Positions 30,434 to 41,201 of a stretch of DNA of 64,000 nt are shown here, piece after piece. Position 1 is the stretch's first letter; every line of letters begins with the position of its first letter. The position numbers and the translations under genes are program-made. A model generated the notes under the pieces. The model made no database searches. It saw only the letters and a list, made by a program, of their open reading frames with translations, and was not told the DNA's origin. Source of the stretch: an uncultured Muribaculaceae bacterium (lineage in GTDB: Bacteria; Bacillota_I; Bacilli_A; RF39; UBA660); the NCBI GenBank assembly GCA_964371025.1, contig CAYJKH010000001.1:2077-66076 (forward strand), in the 5' to 3' direction.

Positions 30434-32425
30434 TTAACCGCCAATACCATCAGTAGGGTCAGTTGGTTCTTCAGTACCAGTTGAGCCTTCTTCAGTACCA
30501 GTTGAGCCTTCGTCTTCAGTAGGTCCACCTGTCTGATTTTCATCTTCAGTAGGATCACTTGTAGATTCTTCCTCAACCTCTGGTGTTGGAGTAGGTGCAG
30601 GTTCTGGTTGTGCTTCACCTGACATTGTAATAGTAATAGATCCTCCAATTAAATCAGTTCTTTTACCTGCTGGATAGTTTTGTTTAATAACAGTACCACC
30701 ACTTCCAATAACTGTAACGCTTAAGCCATTTCGACTAGCAATACTTCTTGCAGTTGCTTCGCTATATCCAATTAGATTAGGGACTAAATTATAACTACCT
30801 GATGTATTATATGGTCCTTCTCCAATAACTGTTTTTTCATAAGGTTCATTAATTGAGAATGAGAATTCAGTAATTGGTTCTGCTTCTTCTAGTTCTAAAT
30901 TTACTTTCATTGCTTCTGTAATATCGTCACGACTTTCTTCAATTGGAACATAGTTCCATAAGTTTAATCCGCTTCTTTCATCATAAATAGTTTGGCCACT
31001 TCCTGATAAGTAAAGTTGTTGCATATTTATTAATTCAGAATCTTCATTAGCTAAACTTTTAGTTAATATATCTTTTGCAATATCATAAAATGATAATAAT
31101 TGATCAGTAGTTAAGTTAGTATCTAAGCTATTAGATATAGTATCTAATATATCCATAAATACTGATACATCTGTAATAGTTTTAACTTTTTCAGTTAATG
31201 CCATTACAATTTCTTGTTGATGCTGCGCTCTTCCAAAATCACCATTTGGTAATTGCTTTCTATTTCTTGCAAATACTAATGCTTCTTCACCTGCTAAAGT
31301 TTGAGTACCTTGACTAATACATACTTTACCATTTCTTGAAGAGTTATCAGTACATAATTCATAAGGGACGTCAACTTCAACACCTCCAACGGCATCGATA
31401 AGTTTTACAAATCCTTTAAAGTTAATTTTAGCATAATAATCAATTTCTAAATCAAAATATTCTCCTAAACTATTAATCATGCAGTCATTACCATATGCTG
31501 CAGCATGAGTTATTTTATTTTCTGGTTTTCCACTCCAACATGAAATTGGTATATATGAATCCCTCGGAACAGATAACATTGTTGCATTTAATGTTTTAGG
31601 ATTGAATGTCACTAGTATCAACGTATCTCCAAGGGCTGCTGCATTTGGATCTAATACTTCAGTGGTAGAATCAACTCCCATTAATAACATAGTAAATGGT
31701 TCATTAACATCTTTTCCTTTTGAAGCATTATCAATATCTGAAATATCACTTTTATTAAATTTCTTTGTTTCTGTATGAATTACTTTTGTATCAGTAGCAA
31801 TATTTTGATATCCATCTAATTGATTAAAAGTATCAATATAAGTAGCATTTAAAAATGCTAAATCAATTTCTTCTGCATATAAGTCTGCTACCATTGAATT
31901 ATAATCATCATAAGAAATAACTTCATTAGTGTCATGTAAATCAAATTCTTTTATAATATCTTGCGGAATTAGATATCCATCAGGAGAATCCTCATCACTT
32001 AAAATAGCAATTTTACTATCTTCTACATCTTTAGCAGTTTCAAAGTTACTAGAACTTAAAGCTACTAAGTTAGATGTATATTCAACTTGCTCTTTATTAA
32101 AACTACTTAGTTGACTATAAAAATAAAATATAATCCCTCCAAGTACTCCTGTAATTAAAGAGTATATAATTAAGAAAAATATAAATCCAATTCTTTTTTT
32201 ATTTTTATTTTTATCCTTCTTATTTTTCCATATGACTTTATTTTTTATTAAAATAATTAAATCTATAAAGATAATTAGTCCAATCGCAATCATTCTTAGT
32301 AATGTTTCAATACTACTTAGTTGTAATAATTGATATATTAAAAAACCACTAGCAAGTATTGCTATAATAGTTAGTATTAAAATAAATTTTTGTAGTTTAG
32401 TTTTTCTCTTTTTTTCAAACTCCAT
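30434..32425 (-). CDS. LytR-CpsA-Psr (LCP) family cell-wall polymer transferase with C-terminal PASTA-like domain and acidic low-complexity tail
   Basis: N-terminal TM helices. LCP core: FTMLLMGVDS..., LSVPRDSYIPIS..., AAAYGNDCMINSL.., INFKGFVKLIDAVGGVEVDVP. C-terminal NLIGYSEATARSIASRNGLSVTVIG (PASTA-like), then PTPTPEVEEESTSDPTEDE... with a tandem STGTEEG repeat. Confidence 0.8.
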   Translation of the reverse strand: MEFEKKRKTKLQKFILILTIIAILASGFLIYQLLQLSSIETLLRMIAIGLIIFIDLIILIKNKVIWKNKKDKNKNKKRIGFIFFLIIYSLITGVLGGIIFYFYSQLSSFNKEQVEYTSNLVALSSSNFETAKDVEDSKIAILSDEDSPDGYLIPQDIIKEFDLHDTNEVISYDDYNSMVADLYAEEIDLAFLNATYIDTFNQLDGYQNIATDTKVIHTETKKFNKSDISDIDNASKGKDVNEPFTMLLMGVDSTTEVLDPNAAALGDTLILVTFNPKTLNATMLSVPRDSYIPISCWSGKPENKITHAAAYGNDCMINSLGEYFDLEIDYYAKINFKGFVKLIDAVGGVEVDVPYELCTDNSSRNGKVCISQGTQTLAGEEALVFARNRKQLPNGDFGRAQHQQEIVMALTEKVKTITDVSVFMDILDTISNSLDTNLTTDQLLSFYDIAKDILTKSLANEDSELINMQQLYLSGSGQTIYDERSGLNLWNYVPIEESRDDITEAMKVNLELEEAEPITEFSFSINEPYEKTVIGEGPYNTSGSYNLVPNLIGYSEATARSIASRNGLSVTVIGSGGTVIKQNYPAGKRTDLIGGSITITMSGEAQPEPAPTPTPEVEEESTSDPTEDENQTGGPTEDEGSTGTEEGSTGTEEPTDPTDGIGG

Positions 32426-32605
32426 AAATATACCTCCGTGGTATATATTATACCATATTTCTATATATATTTTTGGATACTAAAAAAAAACATATAGATA
32501 TAAGTGTCTATTTACGTAAAATAGGCTCTTATACTATATAGGGTAAAAACTAAACTTTGTTATTTTTGGTATTTGTTGGTATAATTTAAATGTATAAAAT
32601 CGGAG

Positions 32606-35600
32606 GTGGATATATTGAAAAATAAATTTTTTATGATAATTTTCTTTTTAATGTTTAGTTTTTTAATTTTACCAGAAGATGTTGATGCATTAACTGTTTC
32701 TCAATATAAATCTAGAAATGTTTGTTCTAATTATGAAGTAGCTGAAGCAAAAACAGATGGTAGTGCAGTATATAAAAAATGTTTTACAACATATAGTGAA
32801 GCAGAAACCTATATGAATTCATCTTCAATTACAAATTTAATAATATTTGATTCAACTGCTACTAATACAGTTATAGCAAGTGCTAAATATGCTTTAGTAG
32901 ATTTAACAATTCCATCAGGGTTAACATACTTTTATGAACAAAGAGATTTAACTACAAGAGTATATACTTATATGGATACAGGTTCACTATATGGTGGAGT
33001 AGATGGAGCATTCATTGACGTTTATTATCCTAAATCGGCAAAAGTTATGATCGGTGGATTAGAAGCTTGGATTAAAAAAAGTGATTATGAAATAGTACCA
33101 CTAGCATGGGTTAAATCAAGTAGTTCTTATACAGTAACTGATCACATTAAACATAATTACGTTAGTAAAATTCAAGAAACTTACTCAGGTACCAAAGGAT
33201 CAACGATTGGACCAAAACCAGACCAACTTAATAAAGGAACTTATTATTCATATGATGGACACTATTTTTATACAAGTCGATATACCATGATAAGTGATTA
33301 TAAAAAAGGAGTTAGAACATCATCTGTTAATAAATCATCTCCTTATTATAATTACTATATGTATTTAAGTAATCATTCTAAAACAAATTACTCATCACTC
33401 AATATTGATGAATATATTAGAAATAATATGGGTTTAACAAGGACAACTTATGGTGAGTTGGCAACAAGCAATTCTTCTAAATTGTATGGACAAGGGACAT
33501 TTTTTTATAACTCTCAACAAGTATATGGAGTTAATGCAGTTTTATCACTTTCTTTAAGTCGAAATGAAACTGGTAACGGAAGAAGTTCACTTGCAATTAA
33601 TAATAATAATGGTTTTGGACTTAATGCCGTTGATTCAAGTCCAACTGAATCAGCATATTGGTATCCATCATTTGCATCAAGTATTAATGGATATGCCTCT
33701 AAATGGGTAACTGATGGATATGCTGATCCTGCTGATTGGAGATATTTTGGACCAGCTTTTGGAGATAAATATATTGGAATGAATGTTAAGTATGCATCAG
33801 ACACTTATTGGAGTGAAAAGATGGCTGCTAACTATTATAGCTTAGATTTAGCTAAAGGTTTACAAGATTATAATTATTATCAACTAGGAAAAACAAATGG
33901 AGTGGTAAAAGCCTATTTAAGTGCTTCAACTTCTTCAAAGATTATGTATACATACCCAGAAAAAGATGATAATGTTTTGATAGTTGGAGAATATGGTAAT
34001 TATTATATTTTACAAAGTGATGTGAGTATAACAAACGGAGTAGGATCTACTAATGGAGTTTATAATTGGAACTCTTATGTATATGTTTTAAAATCTAGTA
34101 TAACTAAAATAAATACAGCTAAAAGTGGTTATAAAAAACCTAGTGAAGTGTACCAATATGCTGATGCTACTTATACATATGATTTAATGGATGATAATAC
34201 TACATTAAGTCCAAAAGTAGCAGTTACAACAAAGAATTTATCATATTATTATGATTCAACACTAAGTCAAAAAACAGGTAAGACTCTACTTAGTAATAAG
34301 TATATAATGGTTTATTCAATAGCTAAAAACTCTAAAGGGGAAGCTGTTGCTTATTTAGTAACATCGGATTATAAATTTGATCAAAAACACTGGATACCAG
34401 CAGGAGGAATTACTTTTAAAACATCAAGTTATGGTAAAGTTAAATTAACTAACTTAGATGGATATTTTACAGAAGTATATTCGACTGCTTCTACAAGTTC
34501 AACTATGATAGGAGGTCAATTCTCATATTCATATGTTCCAATACTAGAAACAAAAACAGTATCTGGAAAAACTTGGTATAAAGTACCAGTTAGTTTAACA
34601 TCTACATCAAATGCATATGGATGGACATTGAAATCTTATACAAATGTTGCAATTACACCTTACAGTTATAATGGAACAGCAGATAATAATGCACTAGCTA
34701 AAAATACTGCTCCTGTAATTACAGCAAGTAATAAGGAAGTGACTATCAAAAAATCACTTGATTTAATGAAAGATGTATCAGCTACTGATAAAGAAGACGG
34801 AAATTTAACTACATCAATAAAAATTACAAGTAATAATATAAACTATAACGCTATAGGAACATATTCAGTTACATATTCAGTTACTGATTTAGATAATTTA
34901 ACAACTACTAAAACAATTTCTGTTAAAGTTATAGCAGATGAAGCTCCAGTAATTAATGCGAGTAATCAAAATGTTATAACTAATTCAGAATTTAATCCAC
35001 TAATTGGAGTAACAGCAACAGATAAAGAAGATGGAACTATTACTAAAGTAGAGGTAACATCAAATAATGTTGATGTTACTACTAATGGTAATTATTCTGT
35101 TACTTATAAAGTAGTAGATAGTTATGGTAATATAACTACTAAAACAATAGCGGTAGTAGTTGCAGAAAAATTCTTAACTGAAAAAGATTCTTTATTCTAT
35201 TTTGATTATTTAAAAGAAGTAGATGGTAAATTAGAATTAAAAGGATATCAAACTATTAATGGAATTGATCATTTATTAAATACAAATATTGATTATACTA
35301 TTATTTTTGAAAATAAAGATACAAATGAAATATTTACAGATACTATGACTAGAATTACTAATACGACAGAAATGACTAGACCTATTTTTGGAGTAGATAA
35401 TAAAAATTATACATACTCTTGGTTTAAATATTCAATTGATACAAGTAAGTTTGAAAACGGAAATTATATAATGTATGTTTTAGCAGAAAGTGATGAATAT
35501 TATACAAAAAATTTAGTAAATAATAAATTATTTAGACCTCAAGTAGGAGGTTACACAACTGCTTCAAGTAGTACAATTATTAGAAATGACTATAATGTAA

Positions 35601-36112
35601 AAACAACTCCAGTAGAGTTAATTATAAGAGGTGAAGAATTAGCTAAGAAGACAGCAGATACATATTTTAACCAATTTGATACATATAGAGCATTTGAATT
35701 TACAGAAGATAATAAACTACATTTAATGGGATTAAGCTATTCATATGGAATGGATTTAGGAAAAGACACTAATGTAGAAAGAACAATAATTTTTGAAAAT
35801 AAAGAAACATATGAAACATATAAAATGGATTTAGGAAGTATAACTACTGGTCTATATCCGGCTATGTTACCTGAAGATGATAAATTATCAAAAACAAGGG
35901 CATGGTATGATAAAGAATTAGATATATCTAATATTCCAAAAGGAGAATATATTCTTTATATAACTACCAAATCTAATGTAACTGATATTTATGAGTTTTC
36001 CGAAAAGCTTAGTAGAACACTAGATCATGTTAAAGCTACAATAAATGAAAAGAATTATTCATTTACAATTAATCATGATAAAGGTAGTAGAATAGAAATG
36101 AAAGTAGAATAG
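32606..36112 (+). CDS. secreted cell-wall hydrolase: N-acetylglucosaminidase (LytD/GH73-like) domain followed by Ig-like (DUF5011-type) domains
   Basis: Signal peptide. The segment SRNETGNGRSSLAINNNNGFGLNAVD matches the glucosaminidase family E(T/S)GwG...NN.FGi core. Two consecutive TDKEDG(N/T) Ig-like repeats (residues ~700-850). 1168 aa. Confidence 0.6.
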   Translation: MDILKNKFFMIIFFLMFSFLILPEDVDALTVSQYKSRNVCSNYEVAEAKTDGSAVYKKCFTTYSEAETYMNSSSITNLIIFDSTATNTVIASAKYALVDLTIPSGLTYFYEQRDLTTRVYTYMDTGSLYGGVDGAFIDVYYPKSAKVMIGGLEAWIKKSDYEIVPLAWVKSSSSYTVTDHIKHNYVSKIQETYSGTKGSTIGPKPDQLNKGTYYSYDGHYFYTSRYTMISDYKKGVRTSSVNKSSPYYNYYMYLSNHSKTNYSSLNIDEYIRNNMGLTRTTYGELATSNSSKLYGQGTFFYNSQQVYGVNAVLSLSLSRNETGNGRSSLAINNNNGFGLNAVDSSPTESAYWYPSFASSINGYASKWVTDGYADPADWRYFGPAFGDKYIGMNVKYASDTYWSEKMAANYYSLDLAKGLQDYNYYQLGKTNGVVKAYLSASTSSKIMYTYPEKDDNVLIVGEYGNYYILQSDVSITNGVGSTNGVYNWNSYVYVLKSSITKINTAKSGYKKPSEVYQYADATYTYDLMDDNTTLSPKVAVTTKNLSYYYDSTLSQKTGKTLLSNKYIMVYSIAKNSKGEAVAYLVTSDYKFDQKHWIPAGGITFKTSSYGKVKLTNLDGYFTEVYSTASTSSTMIGGQFSYSYVPILETKTVSGKTWYKVPVSLTSTSNAYGWTLKSYTNVAITPYSYNGTADNNALAKNTAPVITASNKEVTIKKSLDLMKDVSATDKEDGNLTTSIKITSNNINYNAIGTYSVTYSVTDLDNLTTTKTISVKVIADEAPVINASNQNVITNSEFNPLIGVTATDKEDGTITKVEVTSNNVDVTTNGNYSVTYKVVDSYGNITTKTIAVVVAEKFLTEKDSLFYFDYLKEVDGKLELKGYQTINGIDHLLNTNIDYTIIFENKDTNEIFTDTMTRITNTTEMTRPIFGVDNKNYTYSWFKYSIDTSKFENGNYIMYVLAESDEYYTKNLVNNKLFRPQVGGYTTASSSTIIRNDYNVKTTPVELIIRGEELAKKTADTYFNQFDTYRAFEFTEDNKLHLMGLSYSYGMDLGKDTNVERTIIFENKETYETYKMDLGSITTGLYPAMLPEDDKLSKTRAWYDKELDISNIPKGEYILYITTKSNVTDIYEFSEKLSRTLDHVKATINEKNYSFTINHDKGSRIEMKVE

Positions 36113-36132
36113 CATATGCTATTCTTTTTTTT
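36107..36132 (+). terminator. rho-independent terminator
   Basis: perfect palindrome GAATAGCATATGCTATTC followed by T8; stop codon within stem. Confidence 0.8.
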
Positions 36133-36138
36133 ACAATT

Positions 36139-36165
36139 AAAAACATATGCTTAGCATATGTTTTT
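36139..36165 (-). terminator. rho-independent terminator for convergent PASTA-protein gene (hairpin flanked by A5 and T5, potentially bidirectional)
   Basis: AAAAA-CATATGC-tta-GCATATG-TTTTT. Confidence 0.6.
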
Positions 36166-36176
36166 AATTTATATAA

Positions 36177-38027
36177 TTATTTAACAATAGTAACTGTATA
36201 TGTATCACAGTAATTAACTACCATATCTGCTCCATTACATACTGAACCACTATTAGTACTTCCGTTAGAGCAGCTATCAACTAAATTGAAAGCCCATTTT
36301 ATACTACCATAATAGCTTTGTATCATACTTTTAACTTGTGCTCCCGTATTACCAACAGGGAAGTAAACAGTAGTTGTTTTAGTTCTATCACATGTTGGAG
36401 TTGTTGACCCACTACTATTATTATTGCTGCTTCCGCTATTACTATTATTACTACTACTTGAAGAAGAACTAGTTTGTTTATTACTATTTGAACTACTTGC
36501 TGTATATTTACCACTTGAAACAGTTAGTGTGATAGAAGTATCACCACTAACTTTAGAACCACTACTTATAGATTGTGATATAATATTTCCTTCTTTAACA
36601 GTAGAGGAAAAAGCGTAAGTATAAGCTGCTTTAAGACCGGCTTTTTCAATTGATGAAGTGGCGTTAGCTTTACTAAGACCTACAACATTAGGAACACTTA
36701 TTTCTTTACCATCTGATATAGTAATGATAATAACATCTCCGTTTTTTATAACATCACCAATATTATGAGAAATTTTAATTATTTCTCCTTGTTTAACGTC
36801 ATTATTAAATTCATTTTTTTCTTCATATTTAACATTGTTTTCATTTGCCCAGTCATAAAAATCATCAATATTAGAAAATTCAGGCATTTTTAATTTTCCT
36901 TTTGATAATACAAATGAAATAATTGTACCTTCTTCAACAATATCACCAAATTCATAGTTAGCACTAATAAAATTATTTTCTTTAATTGAATCATCATATT
37001 TATAACTAAAAGTTAATTTAAGTCTATTTGTTATTATATAATTTGTTATTTCTTCTAAGTCCATCTTTTCAAAATCAGGTAGTTTAATTTCTTTTCCTTT
37101 ACTTAATGTAACAATAATTTCTTCATCATTAGGTTTAACCATTGTGCCAGATTTAATACTTTGTTTTCCTACTAAACCACGGTCAGTGTTGTTAAAGAAA
37201 TCTTTTTCAAATTTATATTTTAAACCATGTTTTTTCATGTAAAACATAACTTCAAACTCTGTTTTATCTATTAAATTAATTAACTTAGTTTCTACAAATT
37301 CATCTTCTCCTAAAGAGAAAGTTAATTCTAAGGGGTCACTTCTTTTCATATTACCACTTGCATTTTGCTCAATTACAGTGTCTTTTGCTTTAGCATCTTT
37401 TATAAAAGTAACTCCAACATTATTTAAATGATTTTCTAAAACATAATCAATAACTCTTTCATCACTCCAAGTTAACATGTTAGGAACTAAAATTTCTTTA
37501 TCCGGATTAGGTCCTGATGAAACTGCTATTGTTAGAGTTTTAACATCATTAATAGAAGTACCTTCTTTTATATCTTGTCCAATTATATGGTATTCTTCAA
37601 TCATATCACTGTATTCATATACTTGCTCAATTGCAACATTATTTTTACTTGCCCAAGCAACTACTTCAGTTAGATTCTCATTTTCAAAATCTAATACTTT
37701 ATTAAAAGCGGGAATATTAATAATATTAGTAGCAAGTAATATATTAAAGGTGTTAAATAATATTAAAATTATAGCACTAATAAATAGGATTACTTTATTT
37801 CTAATTCTATTAGAGATACAAATAAATGTAAAAAGAATAGAAAAACAAAATAATAATACTAAACTAATTACATTAGCAATGATATCTATATTATTATCAA
37901 ATATTATCGTAGCAGTAATACTACAAATATTAGATAGAATAACCACTAATAATAAGAAATTTATAAATTTATTTTTATCTTTTTTCTTTATTTCCTTTAC
38001 TTTGTCAAAATCTTTATTTATATCCAT
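36177..38027 (-). CDS. membrane protein with ~5 tandem PASTA-like domains, Ser/Asn-rich linker and Cys-containing C-terminal domain; no kinase or PBP domain
   Basis: Two N-terminal TM helices, then repeated ~65-aa units of PASTA type (e.g. VPNVVGLSKANATSSIEKAGLKA...GDTSITLTVSSG, VPNMLTWSDERVIDYVLENH...). Then a poly-S/N tract (SSSSSSSNNSNSGSSNNNSSG) and a final ~90 aa with 6 Cys. Confidence 0.55.
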   Translation of the reverse strand: MDINKDFDKVKEIKKKDKNKFINFLLLVVILSNICSITATIIFDNNIDIIANVISLVLLFCFSILFTFICISNRIRNKVILFISAIILILFNTFNILLATNIINIPAFNKVLDFENENLTEVVAWASKNNVAIEQVYEYSDMIEEYHIIGQDIKEGTSINDVKTLTIAVSSGPNPDKEILVPNMLTWSDERVIDYVLENHLNNVGVTFIKDAKAKDTVIEQNASGNMKRSDPLELTFSLGEDEFVETKLINLIDKTEFEVMFYMKKHGLKYKFEKDFFNNTDRGLVGKQSIKSGTMVKPNDEEIIVTLSKGKEIKLPDFEKMDLEEITNYIITNRLKLTFSYKYDDSIKENNFISANYEFGDIVEEGTIISFVLSKGKLKMPEFSNIDDFYDWANENNVKYEEKNEFNNDVKQGEIIKISHNIGDVIKNGDVIIITISDGKEISVPNVVGLSKANATSSIEKAGLKAAYTYAFSSTVKEGNIISQSISSGSKVSGDTSITLTVSSGKYTASSSNSNKQTSSSSSSSNNSNSGSSNNNSSGSTTPTCDRTKTTTVYFPVGNTGAQVKSMIQSYYGSIKWAFNLVDSCSNGSTNSGSVCNGADMVVNYCDTYTVTIVK

Positions 38028-38166
38028 CTTTTCACCTCATCTATTATAACTATATATAATTATATACTATATTAGTAAAAATAAAAATATATATATTTTT
38101 TGAAACGTAAAGATATGTATATTTTTATGATATATGGTATAATAAATTGATAAAGGAAGTGGTTTA

Positions 38167-39120
38167 ATGAAAAAATGTGTAATTATTATAAATCCTAAGA
38201 GTGGTAGTAATAAAGGTAAATTAGACCCCAAAGTCTTTATTAAAGTATTAAAAAAATATGAATACACAACAGAGTTTATATATACTAAGTATGCAGGACA
38301 TGCTACTGAATTAATGAAAAACTTAGATGATGATATAGATTTAGTTATATCAGCAGGTGGAGATGGGACTTTAAATGAAATAGTTACTGGGAATACTAAA
38401 AGGAAAAAAAGATTATTACTAGCTAACTTACCTCTTGGAACTAGTAATGATGTTGGTAATATGTATGGACTAACTAAAAATAAAATTAAGAATTTGGAAT
38501 TAATTTTAAAAGGTGTTAAAAAAAATATAGATGTTTGTCATATTAATAAAAAAACTTTTATATATGTTGCTTGTTTGGGCGATTATATTGATATGACTTA
38601 TAATACTCCAAGTGATTTAAAGAAAAAATATGGAAGACTAGCTTATATTATGTATGGGTTGAAACAAACTAGAAAAAAGATAAATAGTTATAAAATTGAA
38701 TATAAAATAGATGGTAAAAAATATAGTGGAGAATATTCATTTATATTTATAACTAATGCTACAAGGATTGCCGGAATTAACAATGTTTATTATGATATCA
38801 AACTAGATGATGGAATGTTTGAAGTGGCATTTGCTCATATTAAAACAAAAAAAATGATGTTACAAAAAATAATTCAAATAAATGGGGCAATCGATATAAA
38901 AGATATTCCAGAATTTACTCATTATAAAACGAATAACTTAGAAATAAAATTTATAGATAAACCAAAAACATCTTGGTGTGTTGATGGGGAAGAATATAAA
39001 AGTGATAGTATGAAATTTAAATTTGGAGTCGATGTTGATACTAAAATGATGATGCCTCCAGTTAATATAAATAAATTATTTGAAAAGAGGGATTTAGATG
39101 AAGAAAATAAAAACCACTAA
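38167..39120 (+). CDS. dagK: diacylglycerol kinase-family lipid kinase (YegS/DagK)
   Basis: DAGK catalytic domain motifs: VIIINPKSG, DLVISAGGDGTLNEIVTG, LPLGTSNDV; 317 aa. Confidence 0.8.
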   Translation: MKKCVIIINPKSGSNKGKLDPKVFIKVLKKYEYTTEFIYTKYAGHATELMKNLDDDIDLVISAGGDGTLNEIVTGNTKRKKRLLLANLPLGTSNDVGNMYGLTKNKIKNLELILKGVKKNIDVCHINKKTFIYVACLGDYIDMTYNTPSDLKKKYGRLAYIMYGLKQTRKKINSYKIEYKIDGKKYSGEYSFIFITNATRIAGINNVYYDIKLDDGMFEVAFAHIKTKKMMLQKIIQINGAIDIKDIPEFTHYKTNNLEIKFIDKPKTSWCVDGEEYKSDSMKFKFGVDVDTKMMMPPVNINKLFEKRDLDEENKNH

Positions 39121-39868
39121 AAAAACTAAGTTAACAATATTTATTGTATTAAGATTTTTAGTAGTAATAAGTTTAATTTTACAATTATATAGAGGAGAGT
39201 GGAATAATGCCTTCTTATGTATATTAACGCTTATTCTTTTTACAATACCTACTATTATTAAGAAGAAATTTAAAGTTGAATTACCTTCTGTCTTAGAGGG
39301 AATCATATATTTATTTATCTTTTCAGCTGAGATACTTGGTGAAATAAATAATTTTTATGGAATATTTCCTTATTGGGATAGTATGTTACATACTATAAAT
39401 GGATTCTTAGCAGCAGCTATTGGATTTGCTTTAATTGATTTATTAAATAAAGAGAGTAAGTTAATAGTACTATCACCAATATTTGTAGCCCTTACAGCGT
39501 TTTGTTTTTCGATGACAGTAGGAGTACTTTGGGAATTTTTTGAATATGCAGGAGATCAAAAACTTAATTTAGATATGCAAAAAGATTTTTATACTGATCA
39601 TATTAATACGGTTATATTAGATGAAACCAATACTAATACAGTAGTTAAGATAGAAGATATTAATAAAGTAGAAATAACTTATAATAATGACCAAGTTATA
39701 GTACTAGATAATTATATTGATATAGGTATTAAAGATACTATGAAAGATTTATTTGTAAATTTTATTGGAGCAATTGTATTTTCAATTATTGGACTTTTAT
39801 ATATAAAAAATAGAGATGGATTTAAAATAGCAGAAATGTTCATACCAACAAAAAAGAAGACTACTTAG
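39098..39868 (+). CDS. hypothetical polytopic membrane protein
   Basis: 5-6 predicted TM helices; overlaps dagK end by 23 nt; RBS AGAGGGA; no known motif. Confidence 0.45.
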   Translation: MKKIKTTKKTKLTIFIVLRFLVVISLILQLYRGEWNNAFLCILTLILFTIPTIIKKKFKVELPSVLEGIIYLFIFSAEILGEINNFYGIFPYWDSMLHTINGFLAAAIGFALIDLLNKESKLIVLSPIFVALTAFCFSMTVGVLWEFFEYAGDQKLNLDMQKDFYTDHINTVILDETNTNTVVKIEDINKVEITYNNDQVIVLDNYIDIGIKDTMKDLFVNFIGAIVFSIIGLLYIKNRDGFKIAEMFIPTKKKTT

Positions 39869-39921
39869 TAGTTTTTTTTATATTAATATGATACAATTAA
39901 ACAAGTTTAGAAGGTGATTAT

Positions 39922-40635
39922 ATGGAATTTATTATAGATGAATTTGAAGGGCCATTAGATTTATTACTTCATTTGATTAAAGAATCTAAAATGGATATAT
40001 TTGATATAAAAATTGATTCAATTACAGATCAATATTTAGAATATATTAATAAACAAGAAAGTCTTAATTTAGAAGTATCTAGTGAATACTTAGTCTTAGC
40101 ATCTGAATTAATTGAATTAAAGTCAAAATTATTATTACCCACTGCAAGTAATAATGATGAAGAGGAAGAATATAATCCAGAAGAAGAATTAATTAATCGT
40201 TTACTAGAATATCAAGCTTATCAAGAAGTATCAAAATTACTAAAAGAAAAAGAGGCTAAAAGAAAAGATATTCATACTAAAATTCCAGAAAATTTAAATA
40301 ATTATTTAGAACAAGATAAAAAAATAGAATTAAATGTTGAATTAGATGATTTAGTAAATGCCTTTAAAGATTATTTAGAAAGAAAAGAGTTAGAAAAACC
40401 CTTAAAAACTAAAATAGCTACTAAAGAATTATCAGTTTCATCTAGAAAAAAAGAAATTTTAGATATATTTAAAACTAAAAATAAGGTATCATTTTATGAA
40501 TTATTTAGTGAAAATACAAAACCATATTTAGTAGTAACTTTTTTAGCAGTATTGGAATTAGTAAAAAAGAATAAATTACTTATTACACAAGAACAAGAAT
40601 TTGAAGAAATTATATGTGAGGTATACAATGGATAA
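39922..40635 (+). CDS. scpA: segregation and condensation protein A
   Basis: N-terminus EFEGPLDLLLHLIKESKMDIFDI.I..ITDQYLEYI is the ScpA signature; followed by scpB. Confidence 0.85.
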   Translation: MEFIIDEFEGPLDLLLHLIKESKMDIFDIKIDSITDQYLEYINKQESLNLEVSSEYLVLASELIELKSKLLLPTASNNDEEEEYNPEEELINRLLEYQAYQEVSKLLKEKEAKRKDIHTKIPENLNNYLEQDKKIELNVELDDLVNAFKDYLERKELEKPLKTKIATKELSVSSRKKEILDIFKTKNKVSFYELFSENTKPYLVVTFLAVLELVKKNKLLITQEQEFEEIICEVYNG

Positions 40636-41197
40636 TAAAGCGGTATTAGAAGGCCTTCTTTATGTAGTTGGAGAAGAAGGTTTATCAATAGAACAAATAA
40701 GTGAAGTATTAGATACTGATCATGATGCTTCTAAAGAATTAATTCATTCATTGAAACAAGAATATTTATCAGAAAATCGTGGTCTTAGAATTGAATTTTT
40801 AGGGAATAGATTTAAAGTAACAACTAAATTTGAACATAAAGAATATTATCAAAAATTATTAGTTAATCCTAAAACAAATACCCTAAGTCAAGCGGCTTTA
40901 GAGACTTTAGCAATTATTGCTTATAATGAACCAATAACTAGAGTAGAGATAGATAAAACTCGTGGAGTTGATAGTGTTCATATGATTAGAAAACTATTAG
41001 CAAAAGGATTAATTAAAGAAAAGGGAAGAAGTAATTTACCGGGAAGACCAATTCTTTATAAAACAACAGATGATTTTCTTGATTATTTTGGACTTTCTTG
41101 TATCGAAGATTTACCACCGATGCAAGAAGTAGAACAAGAAGAAGATATTGAAAAAGACTTATATAATTCTAAATATAGAGAAATTGAAAGAGAGTGA
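40628..41197 (+). CDS. scpB: segregation and condensation protein B
   Basis: LEGLLYVVGEEGLSIEQI...; winged-helix ScpB pattern; ATG 40628 behind GAGG, 8-nt overlap with scpA. Confidence 0.85.
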   Translation: MDNKAVLEGLLYVVGEEGLSIEQISEVLDTDHDASKELIHSLKQEYLSENRGLRIEFLGNRFKVTTKFEHKEYYQKLLVNPKTNTLSQAALETLAIIAYNEPITRVEIDKTRGVDSVHMIRKLLAKGLIKEKGRSNLPGRPILYKTTDDFLDYFGLSCIEDLPPMQEVEQEEDIEKDLYNSKYREIERE

Positions 41198-41201
41198 TTA
41201 G

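Noticed and set aside
36323-36618. two short ORFs (36323-36514 minus, 36424-36618 plus) with poly-L/poly-V translations
   Set aside because: They lie within or antisense to the Ser/Asn-rich low-complexity linker of the PASTA protein gene; artefacts of the repetitive agt/aat-rich DNA
37477-38049. 190-aa plus-strand ORF opposite the PASTA-protein gene
   Set aside because: Antisense to a longer CDS with recognisable PASTA repeats; hydrophobic translation is the mirror of a membrane region
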